64,000 nucleotides of DNA from Formosa sp. PL04 (GTDB lineage: Bacteria; Bacteroidota; Bacteroidia; Flavobacteriales; Flavobacteriaceae). Each line of letters starts with the position of its first letter. Position 1 is the stretch's first letter. The translations under genes were made by a program, and so were the position numbers. Positions 21,140 through 30,961 of the stretch are shown here, piece after piece. The notes beneath the pieces were generated by a model. It had not been told where the DNA came from. It saw only the letters and a list, made by a program, of their open reading frames with translations, and did not search any database. The stretch lies in NCBI RefSeq assembly GCF_033447105.1, contig NZ_JAWQUN010000002.1, positions 416,856-480,855 of the forward strand, in the 5' to 3' direction.

Positions 21140-21898
21140 TTAATTTACATAATTATAAATAAGACTTAAAGTAGAAGTCTCGTTATATCTTGTATCGATA
21201 GAAGTTAAGGTTGCTGATTTCGGATAATTATCTGCATCATAACTGTAATTCGCATTTAAGGTTAGTACAATTTCTCCTTTTTCGTTTTTATAAATTATTT
21301 GTGCCGGATTATTTAAAGGAAATAAAAGTTTTGCTTTAATAATTTCTGATGATTGTGTTAAACTGAAATTTAATTTAACCTTATCTAAAGCTGAAATAAT
21401 ACCAGCCGAATCTAAAGTGTAATAATATGGATTTGGCGCATTGTCGTATTTAATTTCGGCTGTATATTCCTCTGTCCAGTATTCTCCAGTTTCATAATCA
21501 TATTCGTCTTCAAAAAACATTATAATTTTAGGATTTCCGTTATCATCGTATTCTAAAACTTGACCAATTTCAAAAGCATCATAAGGTGAATCGAAAAAAC
21601 TCTCAACATTTAAAATATCACCATCTCCAGAAACGTTTGTTAACTGATTATCATCGTATACAAAAATACTAGACTCTTCACCATTACTTATAGTGTTTAA
21701 TGTCCCATTTGCATTATAGCTAAGGCTAATAACTCTATTTTCGTTAGAATCCTGACCAGAAGTAAAAATTACGGATTGTATTAATTTCGTTTCAACATTA
21801 CCATTAACCTCTTCAAATTCATCGGAAGTAGAATCACTACAGCTTATAGTTAGTAAAGCACCTAAAAATAGAGGCAAAAAAATGGTTGACTTTTTCAT
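21140..21898 (-). CDS. Hypothetical lipoprotein
   Basis: Signal peptide plus lipobox (LLTISCSDS). Confidence 0.55.
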   Translation of the reverse strand: MKKSTIFLPLFLGALLTISCSDSTSDEFEEVNGNVETKLIQSVIFTSGQDSNENRVISLSYNANGTLNTISNGEESSIFVYDDNQLTNVSGDGDILNVESFFDSPYDAFEIGQVLEYDDNGNPKIIMFFEDEYDYETGEYWTEEYTAEIKYDNAPNPYYYTLDSAGIISALDKVKLNFSLTQSSEIIKAKLLFPLNNPAQIIYKNEKGEIVLTLNANYSYDADNYPKSATLTSIDTRYNETSTLSLIYNYVN

Positions 21899-22303
21899 AT
21901 TTATTATGTATTTAATTATCCATCAAATTTGATGTTATTAAATAACAACTCCTTCCGGTTTCCCGTAATCCCCTCTAAAAAACTTAATTATTTTAAAACA
22001 ATAAACATATTACAAAAATAAAGCCTCAGGCTAAACGAACCTGAGGCTTTATAATTAATTTGTATTTGCTATTAATCTAACTCTACTTGATTATTAATCT
22101 TTTTATTCCTAAACCTAGATTAGTTTTTGTTTGAACGATATAAAGTTATTTTCATACTTTTTTACTATAAGTCAGATATAAAATTTTTAACCTCATATAA
22201 ATAGTCACATCAAAGGTAGACACTCTAGATCTATAAGACTTCTATTGAAGTACTACCATCAGATAGGAAATAATTACTAGACTTCAAAAATTAAATTAGA
22301 GTT

Positions 22304-24787
22304 CTAGAATTCGCGCTTACCAAATTCACTATCAATAAACTTGGATTCGTTTTTCTTTTTATTGAAGGTATACGAAAGGTTTAAAAAGACCATATCTACT
22401 TCGTATACATAATTAGTCGTGGTATAAAAGGAACCTTCTTGCCAAGTCGATATCCGCTGTTCGTTGCTATCCAACAACCCCATATCTATATTTTGCCATT
22501 GCAAAGTTGCTATTAACTGATTATTCAAAAATGCCTTTTTAAAAGCTAGGTTTGGGGAGTAATATTGAGAGTCTTCTCCTTGGGCTGTGACACGATTGGA
22601 CAAATAATTAAACGTAAATTGTAATGAAGCTGAGCTTGAGAAATTATAAGTAGAATTTATATTTAGCGAATACACAAAACTAGTTCCGTCTATAGGATAT
22701 CCATTATAAGCACCGTTAATCGCAAAATTATATAAATTAGCACCAATGGAATTATTCCATTTTTGAGTGATATCAAACTCTGAACCTATCTCTAAACCAA
22801 TAGATTGCCCCGTACCTACATTCGAATAAATGCGATTTAAAATAGTATCGTTAAACACTGTATTTACACGGTTAATTAAGTTTTTAACATCGCGATAATA
22901 AAACGTTCCATAAACAGAAGCACCACTTTTAAAATCTTTAAAAACACCAACTTCTGCTAAATCTATAAATTCTGGTTTTAAGGTCGGATCTCCTTGCTCT
23001 AAAGTTTCAGAATGTTCACGTTCCGGAAATGGATTCATTTTAAAAGAAGTGGTACGCTCAATTCTACGGCTGTAAGCAGCTTTCAACTTTAAACCCTCTT
23101 TAACTTTATATTGTACAGATGCCGATGGATATAATTTTACAAAATCGTAAGTATACGTGGTATCAATTTTACCAACCTTATCCTTTAAGTATAGATCTCT
23201 ATTCATGCTTTCTAATCTTAGTCCCGCACTGAAGTCGAATTTTTCTATCGATTTATCTAACTGCACATAGACAGAATTAATTTGCCTTGTTAAATCTACT
23301 TCACTCGAAAATTCAGGAACTAAAATAAAATCTCCAGTATCCAAATCTTTACGCTCGTAAACAAAATCTCCTTTATGGTTTAAATTCCTAAACTGATATC
23401 CTACAGACAATTGACCGAAGTCCATAGGCTTAAAAGTATAATCTGCCTGAAAACGAATTCCGTTTAACGGGTTATCATTTGTATTATAATCTTCTTGTAA
23501 AACTTCTGTAATATCTGGATAACCTAAATTTTCATTTAAAGTTGGACCTCCTAAAAACGTATATTCATATAATAAGGATGTATATAAATTGGATTCATTT
23601 TCAAACGCATGTTCATAATCAAAACTAGCAACCACAAAATCACTTGTTCGATTCCGCAAATTATCATTCATATATTGAAACGTATAAAGACGGTCTTCTT
23701 CACCTCCATCCGCTGGAGTAATCGCGTGATTATCGTAATATAAAATATTTGCTCGTCTGTCTTTAGAACGTTTTCCAGCATACACGCCTAAAGTAAAAGT
23801 ATTTGCATCGTTTGGTGTATAATCTAAATTCACACGGCCGGAATAATTCGTTTCATCATAGCTACGTTCTCCATCGGAAGGAAACCAAGTTATGGTATCG
23901 TTAATAATGGTATTTGCATTTCCTTCTCTACGTCCCGTAAGATCGTTACGCTGATAACTAGCTCCTAGTGAAAAATTCCATGTATCCTTTCTTAAATTGT
24001 AAGTAAAATCGCCCCCATAACGTCCAGCTGCTGCGTCATTATCATAATCTTCGATACTTGGCAATCCTAATTTTAGGTTAATTTGTGTAAACGCTCCATT
24101 AATTGCGCCTTTTTTGGTAATGATATTTATAATACCCGATGTCCCTTCCGGATCGTACTTGGCAGATGGGGCTGTGATTACCTCCACGCGCTCTATGGCA
24201 TTGGCAGGAAATTGGGATAAAATCTGACTGGCACTACTTTGTACGGGTTTACCGTTAAGTAAAAGTGTAAAACTAGTACTTCCGCGTAAAGCGATTTCTC
24301 CCACACCGTTTACATTAACCGATGGTAAATTTCGCAATACATCGATAGCATTTCCCCCTTTTGAATTTTGAAAATTTTTAGTTGAAAACACTTGACGATC
24401 AACTTTATTAACCACATAACTTGTGGTCCCTTGCACAACAACTTCGTTTAAACGTTCTAAACTTGCCTGTAACAGAATAGTATCTAGCTGTATTGATTCA
24501 TTATTTTTGGAAATAACGAAAGACTTGGTCTTTGTATTATCATACCCGATAAAAGAGACTTCCAAATAATAGCTTCCTTTTTTATATCCGTTGATTTTAA
24601 AAGCTCCTGTCTGATCTGTAATTACACCAGTAACCAATGTACTATCGCTAACTTTATAAAGTGCTACAGTTGCATAATCGATTCCTTTTCCGCCTTTAGA
24701 ATCAACAACATTTCCTGTTACTTGTGAAAACCCATATTGAAAACATACGGAAGCAAAAAAGGCCAGTATTAAACTTTTGAAATTCAT
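22304..24787 (-). CDS. TonB-dependent outer-membrane receptor with an N-terminal carboxypeptidase-regulatory-like domain
   Basis: Signal peptide. VTGNVVDSKGGKGIDYATVALY domain. Plug and barrel regions. C-terminal aromatic residue. No adjacent SusD. Confidence 0.8.
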   Translation of the reverse strand: MNFKSLILAFFASVCFQYGFSQVTGNVVDSKGGKGIDYATVALYKVSDSTLVTGVITDQTGAFKINGYKKGSYYLEVSFIGYDNTKTKSFVISKNNESIQLDTILLQASLERLNEVVVQGTTSYVVNKVDRQVFSTKNFQNSKGGNAIDVLRNLPSVNVNGVGEIALRGSTSFTLLLNGKPVQSSASQILSQFPANAIERVEVITAPSAKYDPEGTSGIINIITKKGAINGAFTQINLKLGLPSIEDYDNDAAAGRYGGDFTYNLRKDTWNFSLGASYQRNDLTGRREGNANTIINDTITWFPSDGERSYDETNYSGRVNLDYTPNDANTFTLGVYAGKRSKDRRANILYYDNHAITPADGGEEDRLYTFQYMNDNLRNRTSDFVVASFDYEHAFENESNLYTSLLYEYTFLGGPTLNENLGYPDITEVLQEDYNTNDNPLNGIRFQADYTFKPMDFGQLSVGYQFRNLNHKGDFVYERKDLDTGDFILVPEFSSEVDLTRQINSVYVQLDKSIEKFDFSAGLRLESMNRDLYLKDKVGKIDTTYTYDFVKLYPSASVQYKVKEGLKLKAAYSRRIERTTSFKMNPFPEREHSETLEQGDPTLKPEFIDLAEVGVFKDFKSGASVYGTFYYRDVKNLINRVNTVFNDTILNRIYSNVGTGQSIGLEIGSEFDITQKWNNSIGANLYNFAINGAYNGYPIDGTSFVYSLNINSTYNFSSSASLQFTFNYLSNRVTAQGEDSQYYSPNLAFKKAFLNNQLIATLQWQNIDMGLLDSNEQRISTWQEGSFYTTTNYVYEVDMVFLNLSYTFNKKKNESKFIDSEFGKREF

Positions 24788-24853
24788 TTTTACATCTCTT
24801 TAGATTTTTCAAAAATAAATTATAGTCCATTTAAAATCATGGTCTATTTGAAT

Positions 24854-25687
24854 TTAAAACCGTTTGCTTACAGCTGCTTTTCGATAATTAAGTGGAGTTA
24901 TATTATTATTTTTTTTGAAATATTTTCCAAAATGAGATACATCCTTGAAATGAAGTTGATGTGCAATTTCGGTAACATTAAAGCTTGTATATAACAGTAA
25001 TCGTTTCGCTTCTTTATTAATATAAGTTGCGATGACTTCTGATGCCGACTTACCGAATGCATGCTTGCATATCGTATTTAAATACTGAGGCGTGATGCAT
25101 AATTTTTCGGCATAAAAAGCCACATTATTTTGCGGGCTTTCACTTAAATAATATAAAAATTGTTCAGAAACATCGCCCATCAGTCCGTTTACAATAGTGT
25201 TATCTAAACTTGTAATTTTAAACAATAAAGCTTTCAGTAAACCTTCCACTACATTTGGATTACCGTTTAACTTTGTCTCATTGCATAATAATTCAAATAA
25301 GGTTTCAATAACATCCTGTTCGGAAGCAGATTTAACATCTAACTTACTAAATTTAGATAATTCTAATAGTAATAAATTTATCTGAGTATCTATAGTCGTC
25401 TCAGCAAACTCATCTTTAAAGATTATGACATACCCTTTTGGTTCCGTTTCTATAGACCAATGATGTACCTCTTCACGTTTTACAAAGAAAAATTGTGGCA
25501 CATCTATAGAGTATTCTGTGGCATCTATAGTATGAGAACCACTCCCCTTACTTAAATATACAATTTCAAAATATTTATTATGTTTATGAGGTTTTGTATA
25601 CCTTTTAGACCTATCGAAAGGCTCTATTTTAATGGTCTTTTTAACTGCTATCTTGGTATTAACTTTTATTTGAGTATGCTCTATCAT
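24854..25687 (-). CDS. AraC-family transcriptional regulator
   Basis: C-terminal double HTH (..YLNTICKHAFGKSASEVIATYINKEAKRLL..VTEIAHQLHFKDVSHFGKYFKK). Confidence 0.8.
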   Translation of the reverse strand: MIEHTQIKVNTKIAVKKTIKIEPFDRSKRYTKPHKHNKYFEIVYLSKGSGSHTIDATEYSIDVPQFFFVKREEVHHWSIETEPKGYVIIFKDEFAETTIDTQINLLLLELSKFSKLDVKSASEQDVIETLFELLCNETKLNGNPNVVEGLLKALLFKITSLDNTIVNGLMGDVSEQFLYYLSESPQNNVAFYAEKLCITPQYLNTICKHAFGKSASEVIATYINKEAKRLLLYTSFNVTEIAHQLHFKDVSHFGKYFKKNNNITPLNYRKAAVSKRF

Positions 25688-25890
25688 ATACTATTTTATA
25701 TATCACAAATAAATACTCTATCACTATAGCATATATACATTATAAAATACAATTTATTTAATAGCCATTACAAAAATAGCTTTTGATTATAAAAAACAAT
25801 TAATATCGAAAGTAGTCAAATGAGGTTACTTAACTAAAGAAAATCATGAAAGTTTATAGAATGAGGAAACACCACTATTGAAACTAAACT

Positions 25891-25925
25891 AAAAAAGCCA
25901 ACTATAAATAGTCGGCTTTCTCTTA
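25891..25925. repeat. Copy A of a palindromic terminator-hairpin repeat (aaaaaagccaactataaatagtcggctttctctta). It acts as the 3' terminator of the 1625-aa gene.
   Basis: Identical, including the A-for-G stem variant, to 35937-35971. Related to 63341-63376. Confidence 0.7.
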
Positions 25926-25984
25926 TTTTAAGGTAAATTTTCACTTCTTAAAAACTAAAATAAAAAAAAATAATTGAGAGAAAA

Positions 25985-28900
25985 TTATTTTCTTAAACCA
26001 TTTTGTAGCACATCTTTAATACCTTCTAAGTTTTCGGTAAATTGCATCATTTGCACAAGTAATTGCGCCATTTCATTCTTACCTCCAAAACCTTTAAGCT
26101 TATTATTCTTTTGAAAGGTTTCTCGAATAGACTCCCATCTTATTTGTTCATTTTCAGAAAGATCTCCGATAAGCTCCTTGTATTTTAATAGATTTGCTTC
26201 AGCAGAAGACGTCAACGTTTGTGATTCACTTTCATAATGAGAAAGCACTAAGGTCTTCAATTCTTTATCGTTCATTACAGGAACAACTTTTGCCACTAAT
26301 TTATTCATGTCACGATAAGACCCCTGTAATTTAAACGATGGTTCTACTCTATACTCATCCTCCATAGCAGCGCTTTTAATATATGTTTCGTTAACTTTAA
26401 GCACGGTGTTCCTAATCTGAATAACTTTTTCTAAAACCGACACATATTCTTGAATCTCTTGATTTGTATAATTACCTGTTAATTGGGCTTCTTGATTATC
26501 ATTTTCAATACGATCTAATAATCTATACACATCATCAAAGTTCTTACTTCCTAATTGCTGTAACACCGGATTAGATGTTAATGAATTTTCTATAAGACTC
26601 AGCCTAAACAAATGCGCTGTATCCCCAATAATATCTCCCAGATTATAAATATCTGCTCTATTGGCTAACATATCTGGAATTCTAAATTTATCGCCACTTT
26701 CTGTGTATGGATTTCCTGCCATGACTACACAAAACTTCTTTCCACGTAAATCGTAAGTTCTAGATTTACCGTTATAAACACCTTCTACTTTCCTAGTACC
26801 GTCTGATAATGAAATAAATTTTTGCAAAAATTCAGGATTACAATGCTGAATATCGTCAAGATATAACATCACATTATTTCCCATTTCAAAAGCTAAGTTT
26901 AACTTTTTCAACTCTTCTCTGGCAGCAGAATTTGTAGCCGAAGAAGGATCTACAGAAGTAACATCATGACCAATAGCTGGGCCATTTATTTTCATAAAAA
27001 TTAGACCTAACCTATTCGCTAAATATTCCATCAAGGTTGTTTTACCATATCCCGGAGGAGAAATAAGGAGTAATAACCCCATTCTATCGGTTCTTTTTAA
27101 ATCTCCAACTGTACCTAATTGTTTTGCTAGGTTATCTCCAAAAAGCGGAAAATAAACTTGATCTATTAATTTATTTCTAACAAATGAACTTAATATTCTA
27201 GGCTTAAATTCTTCTAATTTTAAATCTTCTTTTAACTGAATAGTAACATCATGTTTTGCTTTTCTAAAAGCATTAAAAGCAGGCACTTTTTCCTTGAAGT
27301 AATATTCGTGTAAAATAACAAAATCGTGAAAATTAAAACTATAAACACCATCTTTAATCGTGTTATGCTCACCTCTTAAACCTTCTATTTTTTCTGAAGG
27401 CGATGTGAATTTTGTATTTAAAACCGCTTCATCTTCAAATAAAATTAAACACACAACTTCATTTACATACTTCAATTTTAACTGGAGATCTTCAGTATTA
27501 TCACTCGCTAAAAAGGCTTTCACCCACTGACTAATTAATGCTACTTTAGCTTCGTTTGCTTCTAACTTATCTAAGCTCTTTTTAAATTTTATATCTGCTT
27601 TTTGATCTTTAAGAGTGTTTAAAAAAGCCTCTTTAATTTGTATTGCTATACCACTTTTCTGAAAATCATTATCGATTTGAAGTTCTTCAAAAAGATATTC
27701 TGCAGCGTCCTTTGCTAAAGTCGTTTCATAAATCCCTGTCTGAATTCCAAATTCAAAAATTGACTCTTCTAATTTCTTTACAATAAACGCATATTCTCTA
27801 GCGGCAGGAAAAAACTGTACAACTTCTCCAGATGCTTTTATAGTTTCATTTAGATATTGCTGATGCTCTTTACTCGTGAAATTCCAAAAATACTGAGCAC
27901 AAGCTCTAATCTCGGCATGATATCTTAATAAATCTAACGTTCTATATTTCTGAATAAGTGTCGATAATATTTTAGCTGCATCCTGATCATGAACACCTTT
28001 AACATAGCCTTCGGAATAGTCTTTACTACTCTCATCCTGAACCAATTTTAATAACGCTTCTTCGGTATATTCTAATATTTTATCTTGATGCTTTTTGAAG
28101 ATTTTATAAGCCAAATATCCTCCACGATAGACCATTTTGTTTTCTGAAACATAATCCTGGTTCCAAAATTCTTCTGATTTTAAAAGTATTTCATTTTCAA
28201 TTTTTTGATAAAAATCGGAACCCGTAAGATGATATTTTAAACTCCCATCTGTATAAACTATTGTTAAATCTAATTCTTGATTATTAACTCCAAACTTATG
28301 CTTACCTAAACGAATAACATTATCGCCATCTTCGTATAATTCCTTTTTATCCTTAAGTTTTCTTATAGCATCTTCTTTAGCAGATTTTAGTAATGACTGA
28401 ATTTCTTCGGCCTTACCACTATCATCCATATCCTGAAGTTGCTTAGAAATGTCCCTAGCCTTATTTACTAAAATATCTGATGCAAAATACCCATGAATAT
28501 CTGAAGATTCAGAAAATGATTCTGCCTTTTTACGTACACCTTTTAAAATACGCTCTGCTGAATTCTGTAGCATTAGAGCACGTTTATTACGCTTTTCTAC
28601 AAGACTATTTTTACGCGCCTGAAAAGCATTATAAACCTCTTCTCTTTTTTCTATAATTAAACCAATAAACGTTTCATAATCGGCAAACTTCCCTTCAAGT
28701 TCTTCTAATTGAATGGATATTTTAGTTTGAAAATCATCACATTTTTCAGGCAAATCTGCAATATCAAGATAATTAATAATACTCTGATCTATTAATTTTA
28801 ATTGTGCTGCAAACTCGGCCTGTGCTTCTTCACTCCCTAAAGCTTTTCTATTTTTTCTAATTTCTGCTTTTAACTGGTTTATGGTAGCAAAAATTAATGA

Positions 28901-30862
28901 GATATTATTAATAATACGTGTGGAGTGAGACGTATCTTCGATTTCTAAATTTGAAACGATTTCTATAAGTAGCTCTAAGTCTTTAGAAATTTTATTTACT
29001 TGCTCTTCTAAATCCTTTGCCTCAATAACCTTATTAACCTTAGTTAAAGCTTGCTCTTTTTCCTTAATAGCATCTTCGTAAGGCTTCAAAGCTTTATCGT
29101 CCAACAAAAAATGCGCACAACGTTCAGAAATTCGAGTTGTTTGTTCTGCAATATTCTCCTCTAACCTCGTTATAAAACCTTCATCTACGTAACGAATTTC
29201 TTTTAAACCAATAGCTTCACCACGCAAAGCTCTTAACTGGGTTAAATAGCTTACAAAATCATTAATACTTCTAAAACTTGTACTCTTAATTTTATTAAAA
29301 ACCTGATTGGCTTTAACTTCTATTTCGTTAATCTTATCGCCTGCGTTTTTCTTTAATTGTATAACCTTCTGAAATTCATCGATTGCTGCATTGGCGGCTT
29401 GGTTAATCTCCTTTAAAGGTTCATTTAATTTTTGTGTTTCATCTTCAGTTAACCAATAATAAGAATCTAATATATCTTTAGAACGTTTTGCTAGGTCTAC
29501 ATATAAACCATCATAATTATCTTCTTTATTTAAAAGATTTATAAGTCCATGAACTTCAGCCATAGCTTTTACAATATCCTTATTCCCGATTTTATATAAC
29601 AAACTGTCTTGATGTGCAGATGGAATAAAATCATCTTTTAAGTAAGGGGTTTGCCAAATCTGAATTACATGGTGTCTGGTTTGTTCGTTTTCATTCCTAA
29701 AATAACATAACTCACCATCTTTTAAAATTGTAAATCCATTACATATAATAGGAGTTTGTATTTCTTGAGAAATGACATTATAACTCATTAAATTATAAAG
29801 CCCTTGTTTGGCAGAATAAAAGACATAAAGGTAATCTTCTCCATTAGGAGAAGCTATTTTCTCTTGAAACTTTACATTTGGAATACTATTATCGAATATA
29901 TAATATTCTCCCGTTTGCAAATAATACCCTGTTGAAAAAATTACTCCATGATTTTCTGGAAGTAAAACACAGGCTTCTTTTATACTTTCAATTTTCTGAA
30001 TTTCTTTAAGTTTATGGTTATAAACAAAGTATCGAGAACTTTCTTGAAAGGGTTTTATATCTAAAATAATCAGGTTTCCTAAATTAGCAAATCTATACTG
30101 ACCATCGTCTAAAGTTTGATCGCGGTGTTCTACTTCTTCAGAATAAATACCTTTTCCATCGTCTGTATTATCTTCAATTTTAATAGTTAAATCACCTTCA
30201 ATAGTTTCTACAAAAACACGATCTAGAATAGACACATGAGCGTGCACACCTCGACGATGCATATCTCTAGTTACTTCCTGCCAATTAAATTCATGTTGTA
30301 ATGGTAATTTATATTCGTGATCACTTCTATCGCCCTCATACTGAAGTTTATCATCTTTTATTAACCATTTAAAGGCTTTAATATCTGTAACACTTTCACT
30401 TAATTGAAAAATCATGTAAAGATAATTTCCTATTACAGCGAACTTAGAAAATATAGTATTACGATAATATTTATAAAGATTAGTGAAATCTGATTGAAAA
30501 ACGGAATCATCAAGTAAATCTAAAGCAACAGATTCAAAACTATTATTTTTAAATCTATAAAGGCTCATAACATCATTTAAAGCAATTTCTGTTCTTAACC
30601 CAAAATGCACATTATAACCAAATAGACATGTATCACCAAGAGAAACTATATCTCTAGCAATACAGTTATTTTCAGTATTAATACGATCGCTAGTGATTAG
30701 TTTAGTTTCTAAAGAGCCAAAAACATCTTTTCTACCATCGTTTAATTTTTTAAGACGTTGTTGTAATTCAGTTTTTTGTTTTTGAAGTCGGTTTTGAATA
30801 ACCTCATAAGTGCCAACATCTAGTTTTTGATTATGTTCTTCCTTTATAGGTTCCTTTTTCAT
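25985..30862 (-). CDS. Giant (1625 aa) coiled-coil-rich protein with a C-terminal MoxR/AAA_5-like AAA+ ATPase domain
   Basis: About 1250 aa of largely alpha-helical, Glu/Lys-rich sequence. Then Walker A ISPPGYGKTT, Walker B VMLYLDDIQ, sensor VVMAGNP and an Arg-finger-like IPDMLANRADI. Last gene of the operon. Confidence 0.7.
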   Translation of the reverse strand: MKKEPIKEEHNQKLDVGTYEVIQNRLQKQKTELQQRLKKLNDGRKDVFGSLETKLITSDRINTENNCIARDIVSLGDTCLFGYNVHFGLRTEIALNDVMSLYRFKNNSFESVALDLLDDSVFQSDFTNLYKYYRNTIFSKFAVIGNYLYMIFQLSESVTDIKAFKWLIKDDKLQYEGDRSDHEYKLPLQHEFNWQEVTRDMHRRGVHAHVSILDRVFVETIEGDLTIKIEDNTDDGKGIYSEEVEHRDQTLDDGQYRFANLGNLIILDIKPFQESSRYFVYNHKLKEIQKIESIKEACVLLPENHGVIFSTGYYLQTGEYYIFDNSIPNVKFQEKIASPNGEDYLYVFYSAKQGLYNLMSYNVISQEIQTPIICNGFTILKDGELCYFRNENEQTRHHVIQIWQTPYLKDDFIPSAHQDSLLYKIGNKDIVKAMAEVHGLINLLNKEDNYDGLYVDLAKRSKDILDSYYWLTEDETQKLNEPLKEINQAANAAIDEFQKVIQLKKNAGDKINEIEVKANQVFNKIKSTSFRSINDFVSYLTQLRALRGEAIGLKEIRYVDEGFITRLEENIAEQTTRISERCAHFLLDDKALKPYEDAIKEKEQALTKVNKVIEAKDLEEQVNKISKDLELLIEIVSNLEIEDTSHSTRIINNISLIFATINQLKAEIRKNRKALGSEEAQAEFAAQLKLIDQSIINYLDIADLPEKCDDFQTKISIQLEELEGKFADYETFIGLIIEKREEVYNAFQARKNSLVEKRNKRALMLQNSAERILKGVRKKAESFSESSDIHGYFASDILVNKARDISKQLQDMDDSGKAEEIQSLLKSAKEDAIRKLKDKKELYEDGDNVIRLGKHKFGVNNQELDLTIVYTDGSLKYHLTGSDFYQKIENEILLKSEEFWNQDYVSENKMVYRGGYLAYKIFKKHQDKILEYTEEALLKLVQDESSKDYSEGYVKGVHDQDAAKILSTLIQKYRTLDLLRYHAEIRACAQYFWNFTSKEHQQYLNETIKASGEVVQFFPAAREYAFIVKKLEESIFEFGIQTGIYETTLAKDAAEYLFEELQIDNDFQKSGIAIQIKEAFLNTLKDQKADIKFKKSLDKLEANEAKVALISQWVKAFLASDNTEDLQLKLKYVNEVVCLILFEDEAVLNTKFTSPSEKIEGLRGEHNTIKDGVYSFNFHDFVILHEYYFKEKVPAFNAFRKAKHDVTIQLKEDLKLEEFKPRILSSFVRNKLIDQVYFPLFGDNLAKQLGTVGDLKRTDRMGLLLLISPPGYGKTTLMEYLANRLGLIFMKINGPAIGHDVTSVDPSSATNSAAREELKKLNLAFEMGNNVMLYLDDIQHCNPEFLQKFISLSDGTRKVEGVYNGKSRTYDLRGKKFCVVMAGNPYTESGDKFRIPDMLANRADIYNLGDIIGDTAHLFRLSLIENSLTSNPVLQQLGSKNFDDVYRLLDRIENDNQEAQLTGNYTNQEIQEYVSVLEKVIQIRNTVLKVNETYIKSAAMEDEYRVEPSFKLQGSYRDMNKLVAKVVPVMNDKELKTLVLSHYESESQTLTSSAEANLLKYKELIGDLSENEQIRWESIRETFQKNNKLKGFGGKNEMAQLLVQMMQFTENLEGIKDVLQNGLRK

Positions 30863-30913
30863 TATATCCTATCCTGAATTTTAAATTAAAATTATAAATA
30901 AACTAACCTTATA

Positions 30914-30948
30914 AAAAACAGAGCCGACTAATATAGCCGGTCTGTTTT
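30914..30948 (-). terminator. Imperfect hairpin plus T-run between the flotillin gene and the giant gene (possible partial terminator or attenuator)
   Basis: aacagagccgacta-ata-tagccggtctgtt. The minus strand reads the hairpin followed by TTTTTT. The gccgacta core resembles the A/B/C repeat hairpin. Confidence 0.4.
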
Positions 30949-30961
30949 CAATGAATTAATT

